This document shows positions 38,138 to 50,800 of a DNA stretch of 64,000 bases, one piece after another. Below the pieces are notes generated by a model. It ran no database searches. It worked only from the letters and a program-made list of their open reading frames with translations, and was not told the DNA's origin. The DNA is from Lytechinus pictus (Eukaryota). The stretch is from contig NC_087245.1 of NCBI RefSeq assembly GCF_037042905.1, forward strand, positions 21,516,001 through 21,580,000. The letters run 5' to 3'. The position numbers and the translations under genes were made by a program. Numbering within the stretch: position 1 is the first letter of the stretch; each line of letters starts with the position of its first letter.

Positions 38138-38793
38138 AATTCAATTCAATTTTTTCAATTCAATTCAATTTATTTTTCTCAGTATAAAAACAATATAAAT
38201 AGTACAAACATGAAATAAATCAGACATTGACATAAATAAAGTATTATACTGAAAGGGTAGCAGCCAAAAAGAAGTTAACCTTATGTACGGCCGACCCAAA
38301 TAAAATAATACATTATTTGAACAATTAAAGTAGAAAAGGGGAAAGAATTACCTAACTAACCCAAACAAACAATCAGAATAATAATTACATAAAAAATGAA
38401 TAAGTAGTGATGATTTGGTATTTACAATTTCTCCTAAAAACATTAAGAGAGCAACTATCCTTAAGTTCCTCTGATAAAGTATTCCAAATTAATGGTCCCC
38501 TATAAAAAATTGAGTTTTGAAATAATTTTGTTCTTACTTTAGGTATATGAAAATCATTATTGCCCCTGGTTGTATAATTATGTACATTACGATTTAAAAC
38601 AAAATAATTACATATTGACTGCTCAGGTAAAAGATATTTATAACACTTATACATAAAAATTGCAGTCTCATAATTGTAAAAGTCATAAAATTTCAAAATC
38701 CTCTGAGACTTAAAAATTGGTTCTGTATGATCATAAAAAGACGAATGGTTAACAATTCTTATCGCACGTTTTTGAAGTTTAAAAACATAGTTA
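38138..38793 (-). mobile_element. 5'-truncated L2/Crack-type LINE fragment
   Basis: ORF 38385-38696 ...IFMYK....LP...YF..N..VHNYTTR...FHIPKVRT.....SIFYRGP.IWN.L; (AATTG)n tail at ~38138-38170 on the minus strand. Confidence 0.8.
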
Positions 38794-38797
38794 TTAA

Positions 38798-39383
38798 AGG
38801 AGAATGAAACTCTTAGAGCAGGTTAGCTTTTGTGAAAGCAGAACAATCAAAGAATAAGATTCAACAAAAGTTTGAGTAAAATAGGACTAGCAATAGAAGA
38901 GTTATGAGCATTTGAATGTCGGAGATCACTAATGCTATGGAGATCCTCCCATTGGCAATGCGACCAAGATCTATGATGTCACAGATGAACAACTCTCCCC
39001 TTTTGGACACTGAAAATATACCCCAAAACATCTCTTTTTGCTCATTCTAATCATATGACAAACGATTCATCAATGATATAATGTTGTGAAACCTCTGTAC
39101 TTGTCCTCTCATAAAGAGAACAGCTCACCTTGTGATAGACTCTATAAAAGTGAGAATATAAGTGAAATAAGTACTAAAGTAATGAGGGAGTTGTACGTGT
39201 GTGACATCACAGATCTTGGTTGCATTGCCAATGGGAGGATCTACATGGCATTAGTGATCTCAATATTCAAATGCTCATAACTTTCTTATTAATCATTCAA
39301 TCTTCATCAAACTTTCAACAATATGTTTCTTTGATTTTTCTCTTTTATATGGATTCAGCTGGTTTCAAGGGTTTCATTCTCCT
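38798..39383. mobile_element. Kolobok-like MITE with TTAA TSD
   Basis: TTAA-AGGAGAATGAAAC ... GTTTCATTCTCCT-TTAA; ~80-bp internal inverted pair 38900-38982 / 39200-39282. Confidence 0.85.
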
Positions 39384-39599
39384 TTAAACTTGAAAGTTTA
39401 GCAATACTTTGTGAAAACAGTTATGCACAGGCGACGTGAATATAATACTCATGATGTCATGTCCCCACTTTCCCATTTCTTATGTTATTACATTAAATAA
39501 AAATTATTTCATATTTTCATACATATGTGTATGACATGTCTTCCTTATATTAAAGATAAGTTGCAGCAATGAATATCCAATGCATTCAATCAGTGAAAC

Positions 39600-40022
39600 C
39601 ATGGGTGTCGATCAGTATTCTTGGTTGGGGGGGATGATGACACAAAAGTTCTTGTGGATGGGGATCTTTCAACATTACCCCCACTAAAATCACAAGTTAG
39701 GACATTTGGGAGTGATTGATATGCATGGTGTTCTTGGAAATTCCTTCATTGTTGTAGTGTACTGTACTTATATAATTTTTTTTTAAATTCAATTTGTGTT
39801 ACAAGTAAGCCTATTCTAAACTCATACGAAAGAAAAAATGACAAAAATCATCTGGAACATGTACATAGTGATCTGTTGATTGAGCATGATGTATACACAG
39901 GGGCATCGATCCATTTTTCAGATGGGGGGGGGGGCAAAATCATGAATCAACGTTCCAAAGACGCTCGATCATATAAAACGAACAAACTCACCCACACACC
40001 CCTACACCCCCACACATAGGCC

Positions 40023-40054
<32 letters not shown>

Positions 40055-41219
40055 GAATCATGAGAAAGAGACACATATCTCAACCTCACCAACAATGCGA
40101 GCGCGAAGCGCGAGCTGAAATTTTTTAGTATGACATGAAAACAGGAAAAATGTACCTGTTTAGGTTTGCTTGTAGTAACTCATGAGGAGCATAGATACAT
40201 GTATCTCACTAGAGAGCGAGCTAAAATTTCTTTATATTCTGACGTGAAAGCTTGATATTCTAAGCACTTTTGGTACCAATGATTAAGATGGGTATCTAGA
40301 AGAACAATAGATGCGAGCGCAAAGCGTCAGCTGAAAATTTTAATATTTCGATCTGGACAAAAAGACAATTTAATGGACGCTTTTAATAAAGAACAAGATA
40401 TATATCCAACAAAATATTATTGCAAATCGAAGCGGGAGTTCTTTTGAGGTATAGAACTGAAAACGGGACATTCTATTCACCTATTTAATCATGAAAAGTA
40501 TGGGGTTTTGGTACAAAAATGATGCGAGCGCGAAGCGCGAGCTGAAAAATTTTATATTCCGATCTGAAAAGCAGACATTTTGGGCACGATTTTAGATCAA
40601 AATCGAGTTGGTATCTTAATCTCGCTTGCTGGTTTCAGTGTAGCATTACAATCTTATTTTATTTTTAGTTGCACATGCGGAATTATTGGGAGGGGGGCAA
40701 AACGATATGTTCCCCCCAAATATTTTCATTGGTGGGGCTATTACCCGGTACTCTAATAGCTATATTGTCATTCCTTAGACGATTTATCTTGCCACCCTTT
40801 TACTCCCGTTTGTTTTTCCACCCTTTTGAATTAATTGATTTATTAAAATTAATTCATTCACCACTGGTGGGATGGAACACCCTAACAACAAAAGTTGTTT
40901 TTCGTTGGGGTCCTTTTATGTCATGTGTTAAAAAATATCATATACATAAACATTTCAAACTTTTTCATCTTGAACTTCCACCCATCTGTTTAATAGTCCT
41001 GAAAAAGAATGTTTTCATTTAATAACAATATACACAAATTGCGACAAACTGATTGATGGCATACTATAATCATCATGATCAAACTTTTAATTTTTTCATC
41101 ATCATTATTATAATTTTTCTACCCTAAATTATTGGGGGGATGATAATACAGGCCATCCCCCCCACTTGAAATATTGGGGGGGATATATCCCCCCCATCCC
41201 CCCGTGATCGACACCCATG
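39600..41219. mobile_element. Composite non-autonomous DNA transposon, copy 2 (TSD AGTGAAAC)
   Basis: Same TIRs as 17986-19724; TSD at 39592-39599 and 41220-41227; carries the same nested MITE from 39898 with its right end deleted. Confidence 0.9.
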
Positions 41220-41534
41220 AGTGAAACGTTTTTTTAATAATTATTCTTGGAGGACAATAAAAATTTGAACAAACATAATTAATTTGCTCATTGAATACTC
41301 ATAAAGGCAGGTTTGGAGTTGTTTCACGGAAATAATACAAATCTCTAAAATGTCATGACTTTTTCGTCCTTGTCCGAAACTATCAAACTTTCAACTGTTT
41401 AGTTTGACTGATAGTAAAATAATAACCTTAATTTAATTGTTATTTCCGTGGCGATGGCCTGTCGTACACCTTTTATGATTTTCAGCGCGAGATGGCGTTA
41501 ACATTTTCTTTCTTTTTTGCGCATGCTCTGTAAC

Positions 41535-41595
41535 GTTGCTAAGGTAAACCTATGTAGGAAATGCATGCATATCGCATATCGCATATATTGTTTAC
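41535..41595 (+). promoter_or_regulatory. X-box-like and forkhead (FoxJ1-type) motifs upstream of ODAD4
   Basis: GTTGCTAAGGTAAAC at 41535-41549 and TGTTTAC at 41589-41595, ~105-165 nt before the ATG; RFX and FOXJ1 are established motile-cilia regulators. Confidence 0.5.
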
Positions 41596-41700
41596 GTGAA
41601 ATTCGTGTGACGGACTTTCGATCGAAGAACCAGGCAAAGGACAGAGGGCCGAAATAATCAATATTATTCATCTTTCACCAAAGTTTTGGCCTCTTCCACA

Positions 41701-41814
41701 ATGACGGAGGGAGAAACAAATCAAGACTCTTTTGCCATTTATATGGCAGAAGGTGATGTTCTGTTTAAGCAAGGAGAGTACAAAAAAGCATTGCATAGTT
41801 ACTCGACGGCATTG
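41701..41814 (+). CDS. ODAD4: ODAD4 exon 1a (MTEGETNQDSFAIYMAEGDVLFKQGEYKKALHSYSTAL)
   Basis: acaATG start; donor GTGAGT at 41815, phase 0. Confidence 0.88.
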
Positions 41815-44800
41815 GTGAGTTGAGCTGCTTTCCGTGAGTGACCGAGTTTAATGTGGACCGGGTGGGCCGTGGGAGAGAGTCAGACTCAGAGTCAGAGAGA
41901 GGAAAAAAAAACAATGAAAAAAAAAACAGAATGAAAGAAAGGGTGATACAAATACAAACTTGAGTCTTCACATAAGCTTTGGAGAAGGGTAGAGACTAGT
42001 GTAGTGAGTCCTTTTGTTGTCTGGTGGAAAAATATGGTGGAAAATAGCGAATTTTGATGACAAACGGCTACAGATCAGGATCGGTCATGTTCTTCTTCGA
42101 TTGCCGTCAGTGCAGCTACAGTAATAAAAGTTAGATCTACAGCAACTGGGCGTTGTGGCGTGCGCCTGTAATCCAAGCTGTGGGGAAGTTACAAATTGAC
42201 GCAGGGGTTCGAGCCCTGGTCACGTCTTTCGGATGGCGACGTTAAAGGTCGGTCCCAGACGTAAATAATCATATCTGATTGATACACGTCTGACAAAACT
42301 CAAGTACACACACAAATACACACAGCTGAGCGTACGAACGTGCCAGCCAATCCGCTGGCACTTCTTCTGTACACTCGGCTGTAACTTATTGTACATGTAG
42401 CTGACAGCGATCGAACAAGAACCTGGCTGACCCGCCCCGATCTGTTTGTCATCAAAATTCGCTATTTTCAAGCATATTTTTCAGAAGCTGATTCCATTAT
42501 AATTTGATATGAATTCATCTTTATCATTTCTTCCTTTTTTCCCCGTCAAAAAGCAAAATTTAGGAATAGATATTCTAGATCTGATCGAGGAGGGTGCAAG
42601 AACGCACTCTTTCTCCAGACCATAGACGCTGTAGCTGTAGTTAAGCGACGGTTGTTTGCTCCACCATTTACAAGCCCAATGGCCGTCATCCGTCTGTGTA
42701 GGAGGACAGAAAAAAATCAGAAAATGTTGAAAAACTCCTCTGAAACAGCGGATTTATCAGTCTAATCCCTGACAGAAATAGACCTGTTTATTGGTCTATC
42801 CAGGCCTGGGTCTATCTAACGTTAGAAATAGAATCTAGATCAAACTTTATAGAGTTAGATCTAGATCTATAGCAGTATAGGTCTAGATATTGAGGAGTTT
42901 TCAGAGGTAGTATATAGTCTAAGAGTGCAGTGATTGTGAGCAGCAGGAAAAAACAACCATCGAACTCATCCTGGGAAGTCGATGGATCTACCATCGAAGA
43001 GAAAGTCAGTCACCCTCATCTTGGTATCCTCAAGTCTGGAATACGATTGGATCCAACTGGCGACATTATTGGCACCGGTATTCGTACTTTCTTTGCTCTC
43101 ACTGGTACTGGAGCATATACCGGAGGTCTGGTTCCTACTCTTGTATCCCAGCTCTGGAAAACTTTCTGCATCCCTAGAATGCTGCACGGGTCCTCTATCC
43201 ACAAGTTCACTAAATCTATGCTTGTAAAGTTACACCGGGCTCAATCCCATCTGTTTAAGCAAGTTCTAGGGATCCCAAAGACTGCTGCCGACGAGATTGT
43301 CTACCTCCTCACTGACCTCCTTCCAGTCTCATCACAAATAGATCTCAGGAAACTGCTGCTTCTAGGTCAACTCGTCAACCTCGATCACAGCCGCTTTGAG
43401 TTTAGAACATTCCTGGAAGCCCTCAACTTAGGCTCTCCTACAATACGGCTCTTGCAGGAGATAACAAAGAAGTACAATCTTCCTGATCTTCACAGCATTC
43501 ATTCGAATCCTCCCGTATACTCATCTTGGAAGAGATTGGTCAATTACAGAGTGAACCTGCTGACCAAACACAACACATGTCAAGGAATCCTTTCCAAGCC
43601 ATCTCTTAAGTAATGGCAAGATTGTATACCTCCTGCTGCTAAACTCCTGTACCTGAAAAGTGTACCCTCTCCTGTCTTACGAAGAGCATTTCATTTGTGG
43701 TGAGAGCTCAACTCCTCAGAGCCACCTTACTTAACACAGTGTCGTCTTTTCACGCTGAAGAAATCAACCAGTCGCACTTGCCCTCTATGCAAATCTGCCG
43801 ACGAGACTGTGGAACATTTTACTGGGCAGTGTCCCAACCTAGACCATCTCCGTCAAGTGTTTATTGGCAAAAAATAGAATCTCCAAATTGTTTTTATTGT
43901 TCAGCTTTCCCAGAGACACTGGTCCATTTGTTTTGTGAATGTCCAAAAATTACCCCGCTTTGGCAAAACCTATTATCTTTAATCAGTACAAAAATAGGAG
44001 GTCACCTAAATTGGACAACTTTTGAGAAGATGTTTGGTGTTTCTAATGATTCAGTTCACATGAAATGTATAAATTGTTTAGTACTTTATCTGAAATTTTA
44101 TATATACCGTTGCAGATTTAAAAAACTGGAACCAAATTTCGACGCCTTTATGATTTTCATCAACTACAAAAAGAAACTTGATTACAAAATAGCAGAGAAA
44201 AGAAATAAATTGGGTATTCACTTTAGAAAATGGTCTTTTTCATTTGAAACTTCGAGGCCTCAGACTCAGTCCTGATTCTTTGGTATTTCTGTACCAGACA
44301 TGTTCTTAATCAGATAGTGTGCTTCTACTATTTTCACAATTTTCTCCTAATTGTGTGTGTTTTTATGTACAGTCAGTTTATTACTCATTAGTGCATAGGC
44401 TTTTTGTTGTTGTTATAAGTATGTATGCTGGCAATTCTGTAAACGTGTTGTGTTTGTATATTAACTTGTATATATGTTAATAAATATATAAAGAAAAAAA
44501 GAAAAAAAAGGTGTTTATTGGCAAAGTCAAGGACTGCCTTATGGACTTCCCAACATGTGTCAATCTATATGTCAATGCCAACCCACAGGACTTTACTCAG
44601 GCTACCCTTATACCATTTTACTCTTGTTTGCCCAATGAAGTACACAATAGTCTACTTTTATCATCCCTCTTTTTCCTCCACAAAATTCCATTCTGATATG
44701 GTTCAAACCTCCTAGCCAGAATGACAGTGTACATGGAACAAATCTGTTTTCCTTGGACCCTAGGAATCTCCAAATAGTGGAGGGATCAGTTAAGAGAGAG

Positions 44801-47800
44801 AGAGAGTATAGAAGTCTAGACTATGGCTTTGCTAAAATAAAGCAGCACAGTGATCCGGTAAACGGGCAAGGCTTTGATTTGCTACGACTAAGCTAAGTCT
44901 AGCCAACGTCAGTAGACCTAAGTAGATCTACTTAAGAGTCTAGATCCAAGTATTTTTTTTAACCAAACCACATCTTAAACTGGGTGATTACCCTACATCT
45001 CTCAATACAGATTACCAATACAAGTTCCCTTTTCAAAGTCCCCCCACAGAAGTTAAAATTTTCATGTTTAGAATTGTTATCTTGTCTATTTTGAGAGAAA
45101 AAAAAATTAGGATGATACAATGCAGGGACCCATTTGGTTTGACCTCATTCGAAAACCTCCCACAGGCTCTAAGTGTTTTCATGGATGGATGACAGTTAGC
45201 TTGAACTAGAGGCTTTAGTCTTATGACAAAATATTGCTTACTCAAGCTGACATAAGAAGATGCCTGACTGCATTATGAGTAATTAGCTTGCATTGGCAAA
45301 ATTTTTCAACTCTGCTGAAGCTTCCAGGCATCATGTAAATGTACAATGACCCTGACTTCTTAAAAGTGAACCTGTTCAGTTTGTGTTGAGTTTATCAAAT
45401 TATTTAATATACAGTTTCCACCAACATTTCATAAACATTAAAAGCAAATGGTTGAGAGAAGCCATTCATGTCTTTGATGAAAACCATAAACATTGTGTCA
45501 TCTGTACATTACGCAGTTCTTGTTCATTCCTGAACCTGGAGTGTTGGCCCAAATTTATTCTGACTTGAGTACTAATGAACCAACCATTGTGGAGGTGTGG
45601 GGGGGGGGGGGGGGGCGGTGATTGTTTCAGCAATTTCCATTTTGATTTGTCTTCCAAAAAAGTAGATTACAAGCAAAATGCTAATTAAAGAATGCCTAAT
45701 GAACAAGATATTCATAAAGGGAATGAAAGTGAAAATTTATGTTAAAGACTATATTGCACATTAAAATACTCTAATACATGTATACCGAGATATTTAACTG
45801 TGATAGTAGAAATTCAGCAGAGATAAATTTTATTTGAGAATTTTAAACACATAGGACCACGCTACCCTTCCCTTCTCAATAAATGGATTCATCCACTCTT
45901 TATTGATCACTTTGCAAATGGAAATCAATATACTTTCTAGCTGGTACATTCCCTGATCAAGTCTATAGAGATACCCCTTTCCTTTATCCATTGTTATCCA
46001 TTGTTGAGACCTACTCAATGATGCATTCATGAATATGCATGAGGTCAAGAAGACATGAATATGCATTGCTGTTTGTTGCTATGACTTATCTCAAAGGGGC
46101 TCTTCATGCTGTACATGTAGTGTAATGGCTGCCTGCTGAAACACAAAGACTTGCACATCATCTTGGATATCTGTCACTGTACTGAAGTTGGATATTGGTT
46201 GGATATTTGAAGGAGCGAATTTAGATCCATCATGGATGAATATGTGGATCCCATGCAAGAGCGGGAGGAGCAGTTGAAGCTCCTGCAGTCGTATATAGGA
46301 GAAGCGGAGGATCACATGAGAAAGAGAGATTACAGACGTGCAATGGAGGGCTATAATTTAGTATGTGCATGTTGGATGTGTGTGTGTGTGTGTGCACATA
46401 CATGTAGCAAAATGTCAATTGAATTAAAAATAGTGCTTGGGTTTTTAAGAAATCATATTTATCCTTATCCATGTCCAATTCAAATTTTCTATTAATGAAT
46501 TTCACCTACCATTGACTTGTTTAAGAAAGGCAGATCTTGCTCATGCTGATTTTTTTAAAATGAAAAACTTGGTTGTAATTGTTTTGCAGGCAACATCGTG
46601 AGATTCTCCCATTGATCAAAATATAGGGAGATAATCATTATTTATGCCTGGCATTTATAAAGTTGTATTTTTAAAGGCACACTATACTTTAGCTTCAAAT
46701 TATTCTTCCAGCGCTTGTTGTATTCAGGGAATTAATCCTGCTGGGTGCCCATTCATGTCACCTTTGTTTAGTGAAGTAAAAATTTTCTAAATTTGATATA
46801 CTCTGTATGCAATGGTCCAGAGCAAAAAGTTTTGTCAACACAAACACATCTGGCAAAAATACATGTAGATATAAAGGTAAGTTTTTGTGACTTTGTTTTA
46901 TAGGCCTACATGCATTGTAATGCACCTAGTTTGAAATGGTTAATTTTCATTTCTTTTCTCTTGTTATTGTTTTGTAGGCTTTAGAAATAGAACCCACAGA
47001 CAAGAACTGCTTGGTTGCCAGATCTAAGTGCTACCTTCAACTCGGTGATTCCAAACAAGCATTAAAAGATGCTGAGGCAGCACTCTCAGATGATAAAAAC
47101 TACATTAAGGTTAGTCATAAAGCCCTCCAACAGGAAAAAAAGGAATAAACAATAAACAAATTTGATTAAAAAACAATTATTATAGGTGATAAGCAAAAAA
47201 AAAATCAACATATAAAAAGAGGTGATCTAAAGGATAACAGAATGATATGAACTTAATGAAATATTTTTCTTATAAATGGCCTTTGAGTAATATAGAATTG
47301 ACATTAAATTGTGTCTGCCAATATGATTTTGAGTGGAAAGTTGACCGTTCCTCCTAAATAGATATTTTCATTCAACTCTGTTTTCCTTTGAGCGGTATCT
47401 GTGCTGATTATAACATTTATCACCTTAATGGACTTGCTGTTTTTTCCTGTTTCTTCAATGATGAAAGTGTATAAAGCATATTGATTTCAATTCATTGTGG
47501 TATTAACTGCACATACAGCCAGCTGTAGAAAATGGTCAAGAAGAAATATTCATTAACTTATACATGATTATATTCATTTTCAGTGCTGTATCTTTTACAA
47601 CAAGTCAAGAATCAGAAGTAAAGTTTAAGAAATTTTAACAAATCATTTTAGCAAAGCCATATGCTTTTGTGTTTATTGGATAGGCTTATTGATGTTTAAT
47701 GAAAGATTTATTTCACTTTTGTTGATATTTTGCATACACCTTTCTGGTATGTATTTTTTCTTTAACAGGGTTTATTTCAGAAGGCTGAGGCGCTTTATCA

Positions 47801-50800
47801 GATGGGAGACTTTGAGATGGCCCTTGTCTTTTATCACCGCGGCAATAAATTTAGACCAGAGCTCCAAGAATTCCGTCTTGGCATACAGAAAGCACAAGAA
47901 GCAATTGAAAACTCAATAGGAAGTATGTGAACTAGTTTACTGCGCTTGATAGAATACATGCATTATACTTCTAGTTATGTCACTTAGCTGATTTATTTTG
48001 AGAGATATGATTAAACCCCATTCGCATTCTGTCAAGCAATAAATGAAATAAAGCGACCTTCATCATTACATTACAAACACCTGCCCAGAACCAAACATAC
48101 ATGTAAAACTTGTTAGATCTACATAAAACATTTGAAGTAAAAATATTAACATACATGTATGTTGGTACATGTATACTCGTAGCATGCACTCTGTAAACAA
48201 TGAATTTTTGCCCATTTGGGCTTTATCAAGTGTTTAATGAAATATCAAAATGCGTCATATAACATGTCTAGTAAGTAGCGTACACTCTACTGAAGCCCTT
48301 TTATTTATTTATATTATCTCTTCTTCTGAAACCAGGTCCTTCCAAAGTAAAACTAGAAAACAAAGGGGATTTGTCTTTTTTCAATAAACAAGATGAGGTG
48401 AGTTCTATTGATAAGGAAGCTTTCTTTAGAGGTATTTACAATGTTTTTTGCTATCAAGACTAGGATTAAAATTTTGTTTAGAGACAGTTGAATGAGTAGT
48501 TTCACTTTGAAAATAAAATTCATATTGAGAATCAAGCCATCTGGCTTCTGTATATTACAAAGAGTTGCAATATATTTAATTCAAACTTGAATTTTGATTG
48601 ATAGAAATTACTTAAGTAGTAAAATCTAAAATACAAATTCCTATCTCTTCACTACACAATTTTAGATTGCTTTGAATCAATCGCAATTTGAGTTTGATTG
48701 GATCTATCACAACTCTTTTTGTAAATGGGATGTGGGGTCTGTTTTTTATATTGATGAAAAACATTGTAGTCATCACTGTTAAAACTTAAATATTTTGTGC
48801 TGGTCTCCTTTCTACTTGGTAATGTGCTTAGTTATCCTGAAGATTGAATTTATGATATTGAAGGTATTCGTGTAGAGGTTATTAGTAAGGTGACACGACG
48901 CACGCTCATGCAGCATTTGCTTCTGTCTCAATATCTCAGAGGGCATAGGGTTAGAGTTTAGGGTTGGAATATAATTTTTTGTTCTGAATAATGCAAAGAT
49001 AAGGATCAGGGGGCCGTTTCATAAAGCTGTTCGTAAGTTAAGAGCGACTTTAAGAACGACTGGTGATCCTTTCTTACGCGCAAAACCATCGCTAATGAAT
49101 ATACCATTTATCAAAAGAAAGGATCACCAGTAGTTCTTAAAGTCGCTCTTAACTTACGAACAGCTTTATGAAACACCCACCGGGGCTTATTTAGTTTTGG
49201 AGTTTAGGTTTAATTTTCGGCTTAACTAACTTGCATATTTTCCATCAGAGCGATTGTTACCCATTCTCCATGTATGTTCTGTCTGTAACCTTGTAGGTAA
49301 AGTCGAAAAAACCAGCAAGGATGGGATACAGTAAACCTATGGCAAAACAACAAGAAAACAAGAAGAAGAGACCGGTCAAGCCTGACCAGACTCCAGCTGA
49401 AAAGAAGACGGCCAAGCAACTTCTAGGAGAGCTCTATGCTGATAAGGAATACCTTGATAAACTTTTAAGAGACGAAGGTAATCATATATTATGCAAATGT
49501 GCTGCCTGACTAAGTGAGTCAAGGTCCATTTCTCCATTATTTTTTTGTTTCTTGCTATTTGTATAAAAAAATGTAAAACAGACATAAGTTCCTCGTATCA
49601 GATGTGTGTCTCCAGTATTGTTCATCTCCCCAGATCTCTTTCTGTCTCCTCTCCTACATGTACATCCCATTATCCAATTGTGCTCTAATTGTATCAATAC
49701 TTTCATGTAACTTGTTACTATGTAGACCTGACGAGAGCAGATACAGACAGCGGTAATAGAATCTACGACCTTGTCAATGAGGGTCTTCAGTACCTAGACA
49801 CCAGGACAGAGTTCTGGAGGCAACAGAAACCTATGTATGCCAGGAAGAGAGAAAAGGAAGAGGCCAAAGGAGCAAGAGAGAAAAATAAACAACAACCAGC
49901 TGATCCTGCCAAATATGTTCTTAAGAACCTTGAAGAAATTGATGCAGGTAATGAAGACATTGGTGCATGCACATTAGTTCATTGTACTCTATGATCTCAC
50001 TTTGAGTTGAGACATTGCCCAGCTATTACACAAAGTAGTTTTGGCCGAGTGTCCATAAGATGGATACAACCTCAAAGAACTTTAGGCATTTGGGTATGTG
50101 AGATTTTGACGTACTATCCTTTTCGAGGCCAGCCGGATGTAGCTATCTTTCCAAAGTGAAGCTGAGGAAAGATAGTGAGTACATCCAGCTTGCCAAGCGA
50201 TGATTGATGGGGAAACTTCCCTTTATTAACATGATTGACTTATGACCAATCCTATAGCACGATTCTTAGTATGCGGAATATGAAATAACTTATCAAAATT
50301 CATCCCCAAATTGTCCTCCTCAGATCAGAAGGATAGTATAATGAACAAATGAAGATTCATAATTTGTTTTATATTTTTGCATCCTGTTATTTGATGAATA
50401 AATATGAAAGATCGATCCTGTGATCTCTTTTGCGGCTCTGCATAAGGCGTTGCAGTAGGCATGTTTTGAGGTCATTCATCTTTCTGCCCTGGTTTTTTTT
50501 TTCTGGCAACAACTATAAATAGTTAGACTTCAAACATGGATCATCTATATGCATACAGGTGTGACAATTAGATTTTGGAGTCAAAGTCAAAGAGATCATT
50601 ATTCACATTAAAGTACCTTGTGATAATGAAAGAACTGTTTAACTTCATCAAGGTATCAGCTTCAATTTTTACCTGTATGTTTATGTGAGTGAACAAGGTT
50701 GTCATAAGTTATTGATCCAATAGATTTAAAACTTTCCATATTCTGAAATCAGTCCCAAGTATGCAAGTACATGTATACGGTATGTAGCTGTAGATAGAAT

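Larger units (their letters stand above)
38043..41410. mobile_element. Old Kolobok-like element split by three younger insertions
   Basis: TTAA-AGGGG start; segments 38043-38130, 39388-39599 and 41228-41410 resemble successive parts of the 16192-16778 element; right end degraded. Confidence 0.5.

Noticed and set aside
42145..42321. Functional 7SL RNA gene or human Alu contamination
   Set aside because: Similarity is limited to the first ~45 nt plus a B-box; no S domain, no Alu dimer or poly(A); it is embedded in a native palindromic element.
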